A DNA stretch of 63,562 nt, counting the filler. It is 11 parts of 11 records of this genome, joined end to end, with 100 filler letters (N's around TTAATTAATTAA, not from the genome) between each part and the next. Parts side by side here need not be neighbours in the genome. Positions count along the whole stretch, not along the records: positions 19,138 to 25,300 come from SRR15195285_845; positions 25,401 to 29,521 come from SRR15195285_846; positions 29,622 to 41,256 come from SRR15195285_848; 8 more parts are not named here. One strand, written 5' to 3'. Within the stretch, counting starts at the first letter, position 1, and the number at the start of each line of letters is the position of its first letter. This document shows positions 22,931 to 34,598 of the stretch, one piece after another. The position numbers and the translations under genes are program-made. The notes beneath the pieces are model-generated. The model saw nothing but the letters and a program-made list of their open reading frames with translations. It was not told where the DNA came from and ran no database searches.

Positions 22931-23199
22931 ACACTGCGCTGCCTTGGACTTATTCGTATAATTGTGCTTAGTGTTCTGTCTTCGTGCCCACAACCCCTCT
23001 GTCAACTCATGCGCTTGACAAGGCGCCATTTCGAATGAGGGTCACGACTACGGTGAACTGTGCTGAGATGAGGTGATGAAAATAGCTATTGTTTCTCAAC
23101 GGGAAAATTGTGAAGTTTTTTCTCATTCCAGCCGTTCGGAGAAAATCGTTGCAGAACATTAAGTACAATTACACGATTAAGTCCAAGGCAGCGCAGTGT
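22931..23199. mobile_element. MITE / non-autonomous DNA transposon (~269 bp) with 48-bp terminal inverted repeats
   Basis: 22931-22978 and 23152-23199 are inverted repeats matching at 44/48. The interior is AT-rich and non-coding. Ends are TA|CACTG...CAGTG|TG, a possible decayed TA target-site duplication. Confidence 0.8.
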
Positions 23200-23732
23200 G
23201 ACCTACGGTAGCTGCCACGCCTGTGTGGCGTAGGCGATCGCCATTGGTTATGTGTATGCGGTGACATGTTTACCGCGGCGTGTCACGTGGAGCCGTCGGG
23301 ATGTGCAATCGCTTGGTTGCTGCTACTACAAAGCATGGTGACGCATTCCTCTCATCCAGGGTGCCCATTTTGAATGGCCGAGCTAGTCCACATCTGAACC
23401 TCCGAAAAAGTACACATGACAGCACGTGAATCTGAGGTTCACGTACGTGGTCATGTGTACAGATTCCAGCCCTGCCTTCAAGAAGCAGTAGGTCAAGAAC
23501 GTTGCTATCTAAACTAAAGAATGACGAGGGTAGGCCGCGGCCCACGAGGAGCAGCCAAGCCGAAGGTACGGCTAGTGCTGGCGATGGCCGTTGGGTGTAC
23601 CCAATTGAGTGGTACCTTGGTGGTGACACCAGCCATTACATGATTGTACATGTTGGCATACATGCAGGCTCTGTCATTACTTCGACAGATCCCCGCTGCC
23701 CACCACTAGCAAGTGACTTGTGACCTGAGCCC

Positions 23733-25146
23733 TCACCGCACAAACCATCGCATTGCACTATACATCTCTCGGTCGTCAAACTGCATTGTGTATGGGTCGA
23801 ACCGGCGGAAGGCTACGTGCCCATCTGTGCGGCAATAGAGCCAGCCGTAGTCCCAATTGCCAGACTCGTATTGCATCGGAATTACCGGAGCCACTCGGCA
23901 CACAGGATTCGTTGCAGCGGTGAAGCAAGGACCCGCAGCTGGAATTCGAGCCGGTAGCGCACTGGCCTGTGCGCCGTCGTAGTAGTAGTTCGAATGGACA
24001 CTCACCATGACTTCGTGTGGTATGACCTCGTCACCCTCGGAGACAAGGTCAGCGCACAGGTCACCCACCGCGACCTTGATGTCACAGCCTTGCCCTGCTG
24101 CCGCAGCAAGGACCTCGAGTGAGCCCGAGAGAGCGCTGCCGTTCTCATCGTGCGCGAACACCTCTTGCCAGCCACCGCCGGTTAAGAATCGGAAAAAGTC
24201 AAAGTGCCAGATGAAATTGTGAGAGGGCGAGTTGCTTTTGCTGTCGAAAGCGTCAAGATATGCTACTCGGCCGCTGCCGACTGGATTGAAGTCGGCGTCA
24301 CTCTCACCAGACCAGCCCGCAGAGTCCATCGAGCGCCCGTCGAGGAGATCCTCAACTGGCTCGGGGCCACTGGGGCCACCTTCAGGAGATTTGCCATCAA
24401 GGTGTGGTCGCGCGATCGCCTGGTGTCCGTCCTGGTTGTACAAGAAGAGCGACAGCGATGGCCGTGGGCCGAATCCGTCCGGGCACTCGATAGGCTGCCT
24501 TGTTGTCATCACGCCTGCCACCCAAGGCGGGCGCTCCACCTCTCCACCCGGTTGCAGCAAGTACGTAACCGGGAACGTCGCGACCTCGCCAACCAAGTCG
24601 CCGAAGCGCGACGTCGGGTCGATATGCTCGGAGTGCGGAAAGTTCGTGGCGACGCGCAGATCAGCTCCCCTCGCGATCTCACCAACTCTGCGTGGCCAAC
24701 CACACGCGAACGCTGTGCTGAGCGAGAAAACAGGCGAGACCAAGACCGCAGCACGCATCGCCACGTGCGACTCACAATTCCTTTTCGCTGCCACGCACGA
24801 TTTCCCGCTTGGAATTGAGCTCGAGGCTGAGCCGCCAGCCGTGCCGCACCGTCACCTGGAAAAAACAGAGGGCGCCCACCGCGTCATTTTCCTATACAAA
24901 GTGCGATCTGCAGAGCAGACGGGTTTGTATCACCTCATCACGGGTCCGCCCGCTCGGTAGCACGATATCCCCACGCGAGTTCTGCGGGTCGCCTTCTGCG
25001 CGGGCCGCCCTGGCGGCCAAAACCCGGGGGTCTTCCTCCTTCGCGCAGCCACCATTTCTCAGTGAGCTCTCAGGACCACCGGCGCGGGCGGAGAGAGCGG
25101 CAGCGACGCATCGCAGCCTGCGGTGGCAGCCGTGCCCGGCGTCCAT
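23733..25146 (-). CDS. Uncharacterised protein with an internally duplicated domain, 3 exons
   Basis: Exons at about 25146-24930, 24855-24776 and 24687-23733 with GT-AG junctions. GWRLSLELNSKREIVRGSEKELVGEIARGADLRV is echoed by GWQEVFAHDENGSALSGSLEVLAAAAGQGCDIKV. Confidence 0.7.
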
Positions 25147-25631
25147 TCCGCGCCGGCCGTCGTCGCGCTACGTATACGTGCCGCGCGCCGGCCACACGCC
25201 CACGGCGATCGTGGCCGCGACCCTGCCGGTGCCGCTCGCCGCGGGCCTGCTCGCTGTTAAAACACCGATGACTGAGGGTAGTACCAAGCACAGTGCCCAG
25301 NNNNNNNNNNNNNNNNNNNNNNNNNNNNNNNNNNNNNNNNNNNNTTAATTAATTAANNNNNNNNNNNNNNNNNNNNNNNNNNNNNNNNNNNNNNNNNNNN
25401 CGCGAGCTTGCCCGACCGCGTCACGACGGAACGGTGATGGGGCGTTCAGCCTACACCAGACCCCATAAACTAGCCTCACCGCGCACGCTACCGCAACGTA
25501 ATGCCGCGCTTGCGCTTGTTCCGCGATGAGGGACCACTGTGCCGTCAGCTCCCTGGCTGTGCTGGATTGGGAGACCTGAACTGGAACCCAATTATAGACG
25601 CCACAATTCTGCATGAGAGTCACATCAATGT

Positions 25632-26807
25632 CTACCGACCACTAGTCTCGCTAAAACCTCCACCTGGTGCCCCTCCAAAGCTCCCACCATATCCACGACC
25701 ACCACCACCACCAGCCGCCCACGTCTTCTCTTTGTCCCAAACCTCCACTCCCATTGCCGACAGCTCACTCTGGATTTGGTCTGCAGTTCCGAAGTCGCGC
25801 TTCATCTTGGCTTGCATGCGCTCAGCGATCAGTCCGTTCACCCTTGCCTCGTCCACTTGGACACTGCCGTCATCCTGTGCAGCGGGTTGAAACCGAGACA
25901 CGACATTGAGTACACACTGACATGAGTTTCAAGCAACCACATCGCACTGAGCGTGCGAAGCAGTACTTACAGTGCGACTATAGTCGTGTCCATGAGCGTT
26001 CATTCCGCCTGTAGCAGCACCCAGCGAGCTTGAGCAGAAGGCAAGAGGCTAGGCAGGACACTTGATGACTGGGACTCGATTGCATACCGCCGTAGCCGCC
26101 GCCGCCGCCGCCACCTGCCCCGAAGCTGCCGCCGTAGTCACCCCCGCGTCCTCCGCCGCCGCCACCTCCTCCGAAGCTACTGCCGTAGTCACCTCCGCCT
26201 CCTCCGCCGCCACCTCCTCCGAAGCTGCCGCCGTACTCCTGCGCACCACCTCCACCGCCACCACCGCCGCCCTTGCCGCCCTTGCCGCCGTAGCCGCCGC
26301 CACCACCTGGCGAGCCTGCTGCCATCTCAGGATTGGCCGCAGCCTCATGGAAGCGGGTCTGGGCGCTGTTTGTGGCCGCCTTCGCTTCTTCTGAAAGCTC
26401 GATCTTCGGGGCAGCAGCGGCTGCTTCAGCCTTCATCAAGTTCTTCACCCCTTCTTGCACGTCGTCTACCCATGATTCACCCTCAGTAGCGCCACGGATC
26501 AGCACTTCAGCCTCCCGCGGGTTGGTGAAGCCCAGCAGCTTGTTGCCGTCGAGCTGAATCGATCTGAGTGGCCACGTGTACACAGCAGCGTGAAGTAAGT
26601 CACTGTGGTTAATCTTAATGTCCGTTCGCGTCGCTTTTTGGATTGAGGCAGCCTGGCAAGTGGCATGACGTACTCAAAGAGCTGGGCAATCTTTGCTTCG
26701 CGGTCCTCGCGTATGAACGCTGGGGTCGATCGCAGTTTCCCAGCAGCGACCAGGGCGTCACACAACGCGTGTGCAACATCTGCAGCAGTCCAGGAACCAT
26801 CAGCCAT
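25632..26807 (-). CDS. Glycine-rich protein with a CysRS C-terminal anticodon-binding-like domain (putative RNA-binding)
   Basis: Spliced model of 4 exons. Repeated G5-7-[DE]YG[GS]SFG units, followed by HDYSRTDD..VDEARVNGLIAERMQAKMKRDFGTADQIQSELSAMGVEVWDKEKTW. Confidence 0.7.
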
Positions 26808-27582
26808 CCCGCTTGTACAGTACTCTACAGTATACGAGTAGGTCGGTGCGGTCGGCGCTTTGCTCGACACCCGGGTGGAGCCCAATCGATTCGGCGGCTG
26901 GCTACGCTAGCGGATGCGCTAGCGGTGCCGACACGCGAGCCGCACCCGCAGCGCTAGCGGCCAGCGCACTCGCAGTTTTTCTGCTGGGTTTTAGTACGGT
27001 ATACTAGTAGTACGTGGGTACGAGCGGTACTCTGTGTATGGAGTCTCCGGTATTACCCGGGATATAGCGTACAAGGTACATGTAATCGTGGTCGCTCTCG
27101 GACATATGTATGATAGCGCGGCGGCGATCGCGCGCGCGCGGGCGGACTAGCATCCAGGTGCCCATGCAGGTTCTGTCTCCGCTGTACCAGTACGCGTACT
27201 GGCGTATAGCTGTACGCGTACAGCGGAGACAGAAGCGCCGCGCCGCGCGCGCGTACTACCGGTACAGGGTAAGAGGGTACTGCGCTGACATCTTGCATGT
27301 GTCATTCGTTCAGCAGAATGGTTCAGCTTTTCGGCCGCGAAATGGTCGCCGGATGGCGAGCCGCGAATGATCCGCGGTGGTTCGGCTTGCACGCTGCGTG
27401 TGGTGGTTTGGGACAGAGGGAAACCGCGCACGTCGGGCGTCGCACACTGCACGGACCGTGGACAACGCCCAGCAGGGAGCAGGGCGCCAAAGACGGAGCA
27501 GCAGAGACCCAAGACGATTGCTGGCCAGCAGGCCCTAGCTAGCTAGCTGCCGCACGCGGACACGTACCAGTAGAGACTGGCC

Positions 27583-29191
27583 ATGCTATATGTACCGCCG
27601 CATCTCCGCGGCGGCGATGCCGGCGACCGCCCAGCTGCCACCGAGGGACCCATTTCAGGCGGGGCTGAGCACCGCTTCAGCGTCGGGACGCGGGTGGATG
27701 AAAACCGGGTGATCCGGAAGTCCAGCGACCACAAGGATGACAGCGAGGCGCCGTCGCCGTGGGGGTTGGGGAGCGACGAGAACAACCTGGCGTACGATCT
27801 CGTCGGATTCGGCACCATGGATCGAGTGCGGGGCGTGCGCCGCCTCACGAGGCAACAGAAGATCTCGATTCCTGCTGAGCTGCTCCGCGAGCGTCCTAAC
27901 GCTCTGCGAGACCCCGGCGCCGTGGTGCTCTTGATTAAGCTCGGATGCACGCTCGACCATGACACAATCCTCGAGGCGATCGAAGCGCTGGAGTCGGAGC
28001 TCCGGCTGGACACATTGCTCAGTCGGTGGTCCGATGTCGCGGGCAGGAAGAGTGTGGTGCGCTACGAGCGTCTGCTGCTGAAAACCGCGCTACAAAACGG
28101 AAATATGCTGCCGGGCGATCCTATCGGCTCACTAGGCAGCCGTACGGGCGGTTCCCCTTCTCGCATCCAGGCCGAGGAGGATGACTACGACTCCGATCCA
28201 GATGATGGCCCAGAATCATGCACAATTGACGTTGAGGGCTACTCAGCGGACGAAAAACTCACCACGCACCTGCGTTTCATGGTGGGTGACCGTGTCGAGG
28301 CGAAGATTTCGACGCCGCTGGGACGGACTTACTACTCGCCTGGTTGCGTCGCTGAATGCTTTAAGTTGATCGAACCGGACGACAATTTCCCCATGCCCGA
28401 AGCTATGATTGGGCGCTACAGCGCGTATACCATCAATCTTGATATCGGCCTGCGCGTGTTTGCACCCCGCGACCATGATCGATCCGTTCGGAAGCTTGAC
28501 CGGCTGCCGTCGGCAGCAGAGCTGAGGTTTGAGACAATGACGCACGGCACTCTTTCTAGAGTGAACGACCCGGCGACACCCCCACACACTCCCTGGCATG
28601 CTCCTCTGCGTTTCGGTGTAGGCAGGAAAGTCGTGGCGAATGGGCAGCGTGGAACGATCACCCAGCACTGGTACCGGGACGCTCACTACCCACCGAATGT
28701 GTGGTGTGCCTATCAGATCCTGCTCGCCAACGGAGATCTAGTGTGTGCACCGTATGATGATGATGCCTTCGTACGAGCACAAGCAGCTGAATGTGCGTTC
28801 CTTCGACGACTTTGTCAGCAGCGACAATTTGCATATGACTGCTACACAAGCAAAATTGGCTGATGCGTTTGTTCTTGCTGCTGTGTGTACTGCTGTGCGT
28901 CGTCATAATTTTTGCTCAGATCCTTTCGATGCGCTCGAACCTTACAGCAACCAATCAGCACTATCCCGAGGTGTGCCGGTCGTGATTACGCAGGCTCACG
29001 GTGGTTCACCGGAAGACCAGCATCTCGGATTCGTGTTATCATTTAACGCAACGACTACCTGCTACACGATCAAACTAGATACGACAGGTGATGTGGTGCA
29101 GGTGGGCACAAACCTAGTCTCCGAGTGTGTCGTATTTAGAGGGGTTGGACGTCGCGCATTTTATCTTCGACCGTTGCTGAAGTATCGATAG
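27583..29191 (+). CDS. Uncharacterised protein with two LRFxVG...Y-I-L-G..APxDxD repeats and a C-terminal SH3/KOW-like segment
   Basis: ORF 27583-28792 joins 28920-29191 through a phase-1 GTGCG...CAG intron. Repeats are LRFMVGDRVEA..YTINLDIG..FAPRDHDRSVR and LRFGVGRKVVA..YQILLANG..CAPYDDDAFVR. Confidence 0.7.
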
Positions 29192-29863
29192 ATCGAAGTA
29201 TCGAAGTATCGTTTTCGATCAGTAGATCGATGTGCTTGAAGTTTCTCTGAAAAGAAAGCGCCGCTGGCCAAGCAACAGCGCAAGCGACAACAGCTGTCGC
29301 TGATGTGTGGACAACTCATATAGAATCTATACATGCTGATGCTATAGCTTTGGTACTAGTAGAGTGCTTCTAGTGTCACGGACCGAACGCGTACCCTCAT
29401 CGACGTCCGAGAGGTAGATCATGAGCTGGCGCCACGCGACTCCATTTTAAAACGGAGTCGCGCGGGCGACCCCTCCGTCCTCGCGACCCCTTGTAGAAAT
29501 CCCGATATATCGGGGCAACCANNNNNNNNNNNNNNNNNNNNNNNNNNNNNNNNNNNNNNNNNNNNTTAATTAATTAANNNNNNNNNNNNNNNNNNNNNNN
29601 NNNNNNNNNNNNNNNNNNNNNAAATCAGACACCCTCTGAACCTTTCCTTTTCTGATTTCTCAGTGGTTTCTCCTAATACCGTACAAGTCTGGAAAATACA
29701 GACTTCGCAGATAGTTTTAATGCCAATACCCCGGCGCTTGATTTTGCATCAATGAGAATCGACCGGTGAACGAACCAGAAAAGTTGATCATTCGCGAAGA
29801 TTCTGCAACAGCAACGCGGCTGAGGAACGAACCTCCGTCATATCCGCCCGTCGCGCTACACCT

Positions 29864-29994
29864 ACAGCCTACAGTGTGCACGCAGTACCTCAGCCTACAG
29901 CTGTACAGTACATTACGCAGTATACACCGCTACAGTCCTCAGCCTACAGTGTGCACGCAGTACCGCAGCCTACAGTACAGTACGCAGTGTACAC
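29864..29994 (+). repeat. Two-copy imperfect tandem repeat (CAGCCTACAGTGTGCACGCAGTACC core, ~75-bp period) upstream of the kleisin gene
   Basis: The 25-bp core is identical at about 29865 and 29940, in TACAG-rich sequence. Confidence 0.75.
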
Positions 29995-30209
29995 GTCCCG
30001 CGCAACAACAGCTACTAGTAGAGGAGGGCGCTCGGGGAAGCAGGGGCATTGGAGGCGGGAGGGGCGAGAAGGGAGAGGGGCTGCAGCTGTGTGCGGGCGA
30101 GGCACGGTGCGGGAGCAGGCCGGGTAGCAGTCGCAATACGGTCGGGCCCGACGTTCCTGCTGCTGCCGCTCTCAGCAAACGAGCACTGCTGCTAGAGGGC
30201 GGCTAAAGA

Positions 30210-32878
30210 ATGTTCTTCTCCTACGAGTTGCTGACGAAGAACGGCAAGTATGCCAAGCTCTGGTGCGCCGCGACCTACCTGTGCACTGCGCTCCAGTCGC
30301 ACAATACCGTAGCTGCAGAGCTCACGCTCGCTGACGACTCGCGATGCGGTGCAGGGATGCTGCCAACCAGTCCATGCAACGTCGTGCTGGCGCATGGGTC
30401 TTTACAAGCAAGAAGGTGCGTGAAAGCAGGCCAGCGTCGGTGCTCAGGCGCGCTCTCGCTCTCGAGGTTTTGACACAGCGCCTGGCGTGCAGTCAAGCAA
30501 CAGAACGTTCATGGCCATCAACATCGAGGGAACCGTCCACGATCTGCTGACGGAGAAGCTCGCGCTACGACTCTCGGCAAAGCTCATGAGCGGCATTGTG
30601 CGGGTCTATGCCATGAAGGAGAATCAGTTGGGGAAGATCGCGCAAGACGCATCGAACGAGATGCGCAAGAAGATGAACTCTGCGGGGCGCAGCTCGACAA
30701 CGCTGCCGAAGGACCGCCAGGTACTTGATGCATTCGCGAAGATTTACTGCACTGGCCGATCCGTCGCGTCTCGCCGCCGCGCCGCTTGCACCGCACACAC
30801 CACCTCACGACGTAGCTATCTCGCTGTGTGACAGACCGCGGCGCACGACAAGATCACCATGTCCGAGACGGATGCGCTGCTTCTGGTGAGCTCACAGCCG
30901 GAAGATCTGGAGGACCTGGCGAACATCGATCTGGGCGAATGGACGGTGACGAACGAGCTCATCACGCGCGTTTCCATCTCGGAAGTGCAGAAGAACGCCG
31001 TCACGCTGCCGCTGCGAGATGACAGTATGGCCCCTGGTGACTTCGAGATCGGTCTCGGTGGCGTTGCCGACGACTTCGACCTGATGGACGGTGCGGTCGG
31101 CTTCGACGACGAGTTGCAAGAGTCCGGAGGCTTTCAGCTTGACGATTCGCAGAACCCGCAAAATGGCTCTGGAGAAGGCATGGCCGACTTCAGTCTGTGC
31201 GCACTGTACTGCGCCGCCCCGCTTCTTACTGCAGCAGACTCAGCTAATGTGCGGTCGTCCATTGATCATATGCCGATATCGTCGTGCAGAGATGGACTCA
31301 ACGACAGCGTGCACATGATGGACGAAAATGAGCTGGACAAAGAAAACCTGGACCCGGTCGCGGATTTGCCGGAGCAACCGACAGACTACAGCGTCACCGA
31401 CAGCGCTTTTATCCAAATCCGCACATCAACGTCGAACAAGAAACGCCGGCGCTCAAGGAAAGAGCCGTCGATAGATGAGGTCACGCAGATATCAAAGTGA
31501 GACAACGCTTCGCCTGCGGCCTCCCTCGCTGGTACAGCCCTGATCCAGCACACGTGTGCGTGCATTCGGATAGTGATGAAATTCGGCTCAACCTCACGTG
31601 CACAGACGGTGCGCTCATGCAACGTCGTTCGAACTGCACTGCACTGCACTGCACTGTGTCGCCGCTGCTGGAACCTTACTGCATCCGTGCATCGGATCAC
31701 GCTGCCAGATATTCTCGTGCCGTACCGCCGAGCTCCAACTGAGTCGTTCGCTCAGCTCAAGCAACGCAACGCCCTCGATGTGCGCAAATTCCTTTCAGCT
31801 GTCTCATCACCTGCTCACCCTGATAGCAGCTGCATCTGCTGCCCTATCTGCAGTTCCACGCGCCACTCTTCCCGCCGATGAACGAAGATATTGCCGAGCT
31901 GCGCAAGCACCTTGTTCCAACGACGCTGGAACGTGTGCGTATATTCTGCCACTACAAGTCCTTCACAGAGTTGGAACAGCAGAGACACAGAAACCATAAC
32001 TGCGGACACCCTGCTGGCCGCACACGTTCATCACAGACTAAGAGCGCGTGCCTTGTCGCCCTCGTGACAGGCCGATATCGAAGAGCCGGAACAGCCGCGT
32101 TCCCAAGAAGAACAGGACGAACTCGATCTCTTCGGATTCGATCAGTCGGCATCAAAAAAGCGCAAGAGCAGCATTGCAGGTCGCCTCAGCAGCGGTCCAA
32201 CGCCTGAGCATATAGAAGAGACTGCGTGAGGCTTCACGCTGGATTTCTGAATGCACTGCAGCAGATGTGCTTGATTGACTGATTGCCTTGCTCTTCTCGT
32301 CCTGCTATTGCGCAAACAGAGGCCTCAACGAGTCTGCAATCGATGCAAACGGTACGTCAAACTTCGGAGATGACTTCGGCGACTTTGGAGGTGACCATTT
32401 CTTCGATGAATCCATTCAGATTGGTCCTCAGTCGCCGACTCGAGATGATGTCAACGATCCAAACGGTGTATATACTGCGCAAGGGTCACCTGTATCGTCG
32501 TTTCCGTCTATGTACTCGGAGACATACCCCAGCCAGACAAGCCAATCACAGACGTATTCTCAGGTCTGTCACACGATCACACAACGGCTGTCTCTCGATG
32601 CTACGCTGTGCAGTCTAACTTGATCCGTACACGCTGTGCACCAGGGACAGTCGGCGCTGATGGTCGAAGTATCAAAGCAGGTCGAAGCGAACGGAGACTG
32701 CGGCGTAATCTTCACCGATCTGGTTGAAAAGATCGGAAACCGCAAACCTGCTCACCGCTTGGACGCTGCGCGGGTATTTCATGACGTTCTGTACATGGCC
32801 ACAAAAGGAAAGATGTCCGTCGATCAGAAGAAAGCGTACGGTCCGATCCGAGTGCACCTGCCCGCAGCAGCAGCTTGA
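30210..32878 (+). CDS. RAD21/REC8: Cohesin kleisin subunit, Rad21/Rec8 family, multi-exon
   Basis: N-terminal domain MFFSYELLTKNGKYAKLW|DAA...LALRLSAKLMSGIVRVYAMK, central KKRRR..IDEVTQI, and C-terminal winged helix RLDAARVFHDVLYMATKGKMSVDQKKAYGPIRV. Confidence 0.9.
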
Positions 32879-33170
32879 GTCGCGGCAACGCTTCCGTATG
32901 CAACTCATCGCTCCAAGCAGATAGTTAAGCATATTTACCGTTAGCTTCAGCAATGTACACGCTGTAGCTACGACTGCTTGTCGCCCTAAGCAATAAACCA
33001 CCAATCCTGATCCGCAGTGCTGCACTTGGTCAGCGAACTTTTCTGTGTAGCCTAGTGCCAGGTCTCGCAATGTTCCCTGCAGCAAGCACTACTGCTGTGA
33101 GCTCTCTGATGTAGACAACAGCTCAGTGCCAAGAAATTTGACTGAGCTGGTACAGCCGCCGCTTCTGCGG

Positions 33171-33821
33171 TCACGCCGCGGGCCATCCGGCCAGCGCTTT
33201 CCAGACTGCCGCTGCCAAGGATGCGATTGCGAACATCCCCAGAATCTTTTCGTGCGCATTCCAACTGGTGTGCTTGATTTGCTGCATCCTGTGGGCGATC
33301 AACCTGCTCTGAACGATCACCACGTCTGCCATCGAGTCAGGCATTCTCACCGGCCTGCCTCCCTGCGCATCCCACTCAAGGAGTGCCGCCGTGGTGCCCG
33401 TACCGCCAGCAAATGCTGCCCGCCGGTGCAGAACGAAATCCCTACCATCGTGACTCGTGGCCTTGGCCAGTAGCGCGGCGCCCGCAGCGCCAGGCGGGCG
33501 CACTGCGTGGCGTTCGACGTAGTGCACTAGACCTTCGGGCCACACGAACTCGCCATCCGTGAGAGCGATGCAACCCATATCCATCCACGGCCCGGTACGA
33601 CAGGAGCCATCGCCACTGCCACCAAACCGGCAGTTGGAGTAGCCCATCTCGTAAGACTCGATGTAACCGACGCGGAGGTAACTCGCGAGCTGCTCGGCGG
33701 CAGGCGACTGTGCCCATGCCTCATCAACATTGGGGTTCGGGTGCGGACGCTGGTCATCCGCTGGAGTCGATCCCGTCACTGCCCAGAAACCCACCTCACG
33801 CAGCTGAACGATAGAGCTCAT
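33171..33821 (-). CDS. Conserved hypothetical protein (bacterial-type TDG..WPEGL.HYV..H motif) with a C-terminal transmembrane helix
   Basis: VGFW..., YLRVG..YEMGYSNCRF..MGCIALTDGEFVWPEGLVHYVERHAVRPP, and a hydrophobic tail ILGMFAIASLAAAVW. The ORF stays open upstream to 34034, so the start is uncertain. Confidence 0.7.
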   Translation of the reverse strand: MSSIVQLREVGFWAVTGSTPADDQRPHPNPNVDEAWAQSPAAEQLASYLRVGYIESYEMGYSNCRFGGSGDGSCRTGPWMDMGCIALTDGEFVWPEGLVHYVERHAVRPPGAAGAALLAKATSHDGRDFVLHRRAAFAGGTGTTAALLEWDAQGGRPVRMPDSMADVVIVQSRLIAHRMQQIKHTSWNAHEKILGMFAIASLAAAVWKALAGWPAA

Positions 33822-34598
33822 ATCTCCAGCCCAGTCGGCGCCGATCACGTCCAGCCCGATCGATGTTCGGATGTGGCAGTGCAGTTCCCCTGCGAAGAGC
33901 CGCGCAGTGAATGAGTGGCAGGCCTGAAGTTTGACGACCTGCGATTTAACCGCAGCGCCGCTGACTGCTGAGGGCAGTTCCGCCGACGGCCACAGCGCCA
34001 CACAGCACTCAGCACAGCGCTCAGCTGCGTGCACCAGTGAGCCTTCAGGATGCCGTGACTCGGAAGCTCCGTCGCGAGCTACGTGGCGATGCTGCGGCGC
34101 CGGCCAGCCCGGCGCGTATACAAGGATCGATCCTACAGAGTATACTACCGCGCGCGCCGGTACACATTTCTATAGCTAGCAGGTTACACAATTTTCCGGG
34201 ATATACCACGAAAATTTGCCAGGCCCACTATGGGCCTATGGAGGGCATCCCTCCCGATTTTCGCTTTACCCAGAACAGCTGGACGCTAGCGTAGAGGGGA
34301 CCCGAGGCGAGGTCGCCACGCAGAAAACACCACCCAGCACAACCCCACGCACGTGGCTCGTCTGTTACAGCGCTGCTGGAACCCGTGTTTCGCAACCAGA
34401 AGGAGGTGTTCCTGGCAGCCGTGGCAGCGTGGAACAACTCGAAGGGGCGGCGCGAGGGCGTTGCGTACGGTGTCCGCCACCACACTCACAAAAAGGCCCC
34501 AGAGCACCGACGCCAGCGCATGGAACGTGACCAGCAAGTGGCGCGAGAAATCCGCGTGTGTGAACGACGGAAAACATGCAATACAATTCTTGTTTAGC

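Noticed and set aside
31178-31289. Possible GC-AG intron in the kleisin gene (AAG|GCATGG)
   Set aside because: That donor gives the wrong phase. A canonical GTGCGC donor about 20 nt downstream restores the frame.
34228-34597. Possible small plus-strand gene between the hypothetical protein and the SBNO 3' end
   Set aside because: Only short ORFs, no recognisable motif and no convincing start or splice model.
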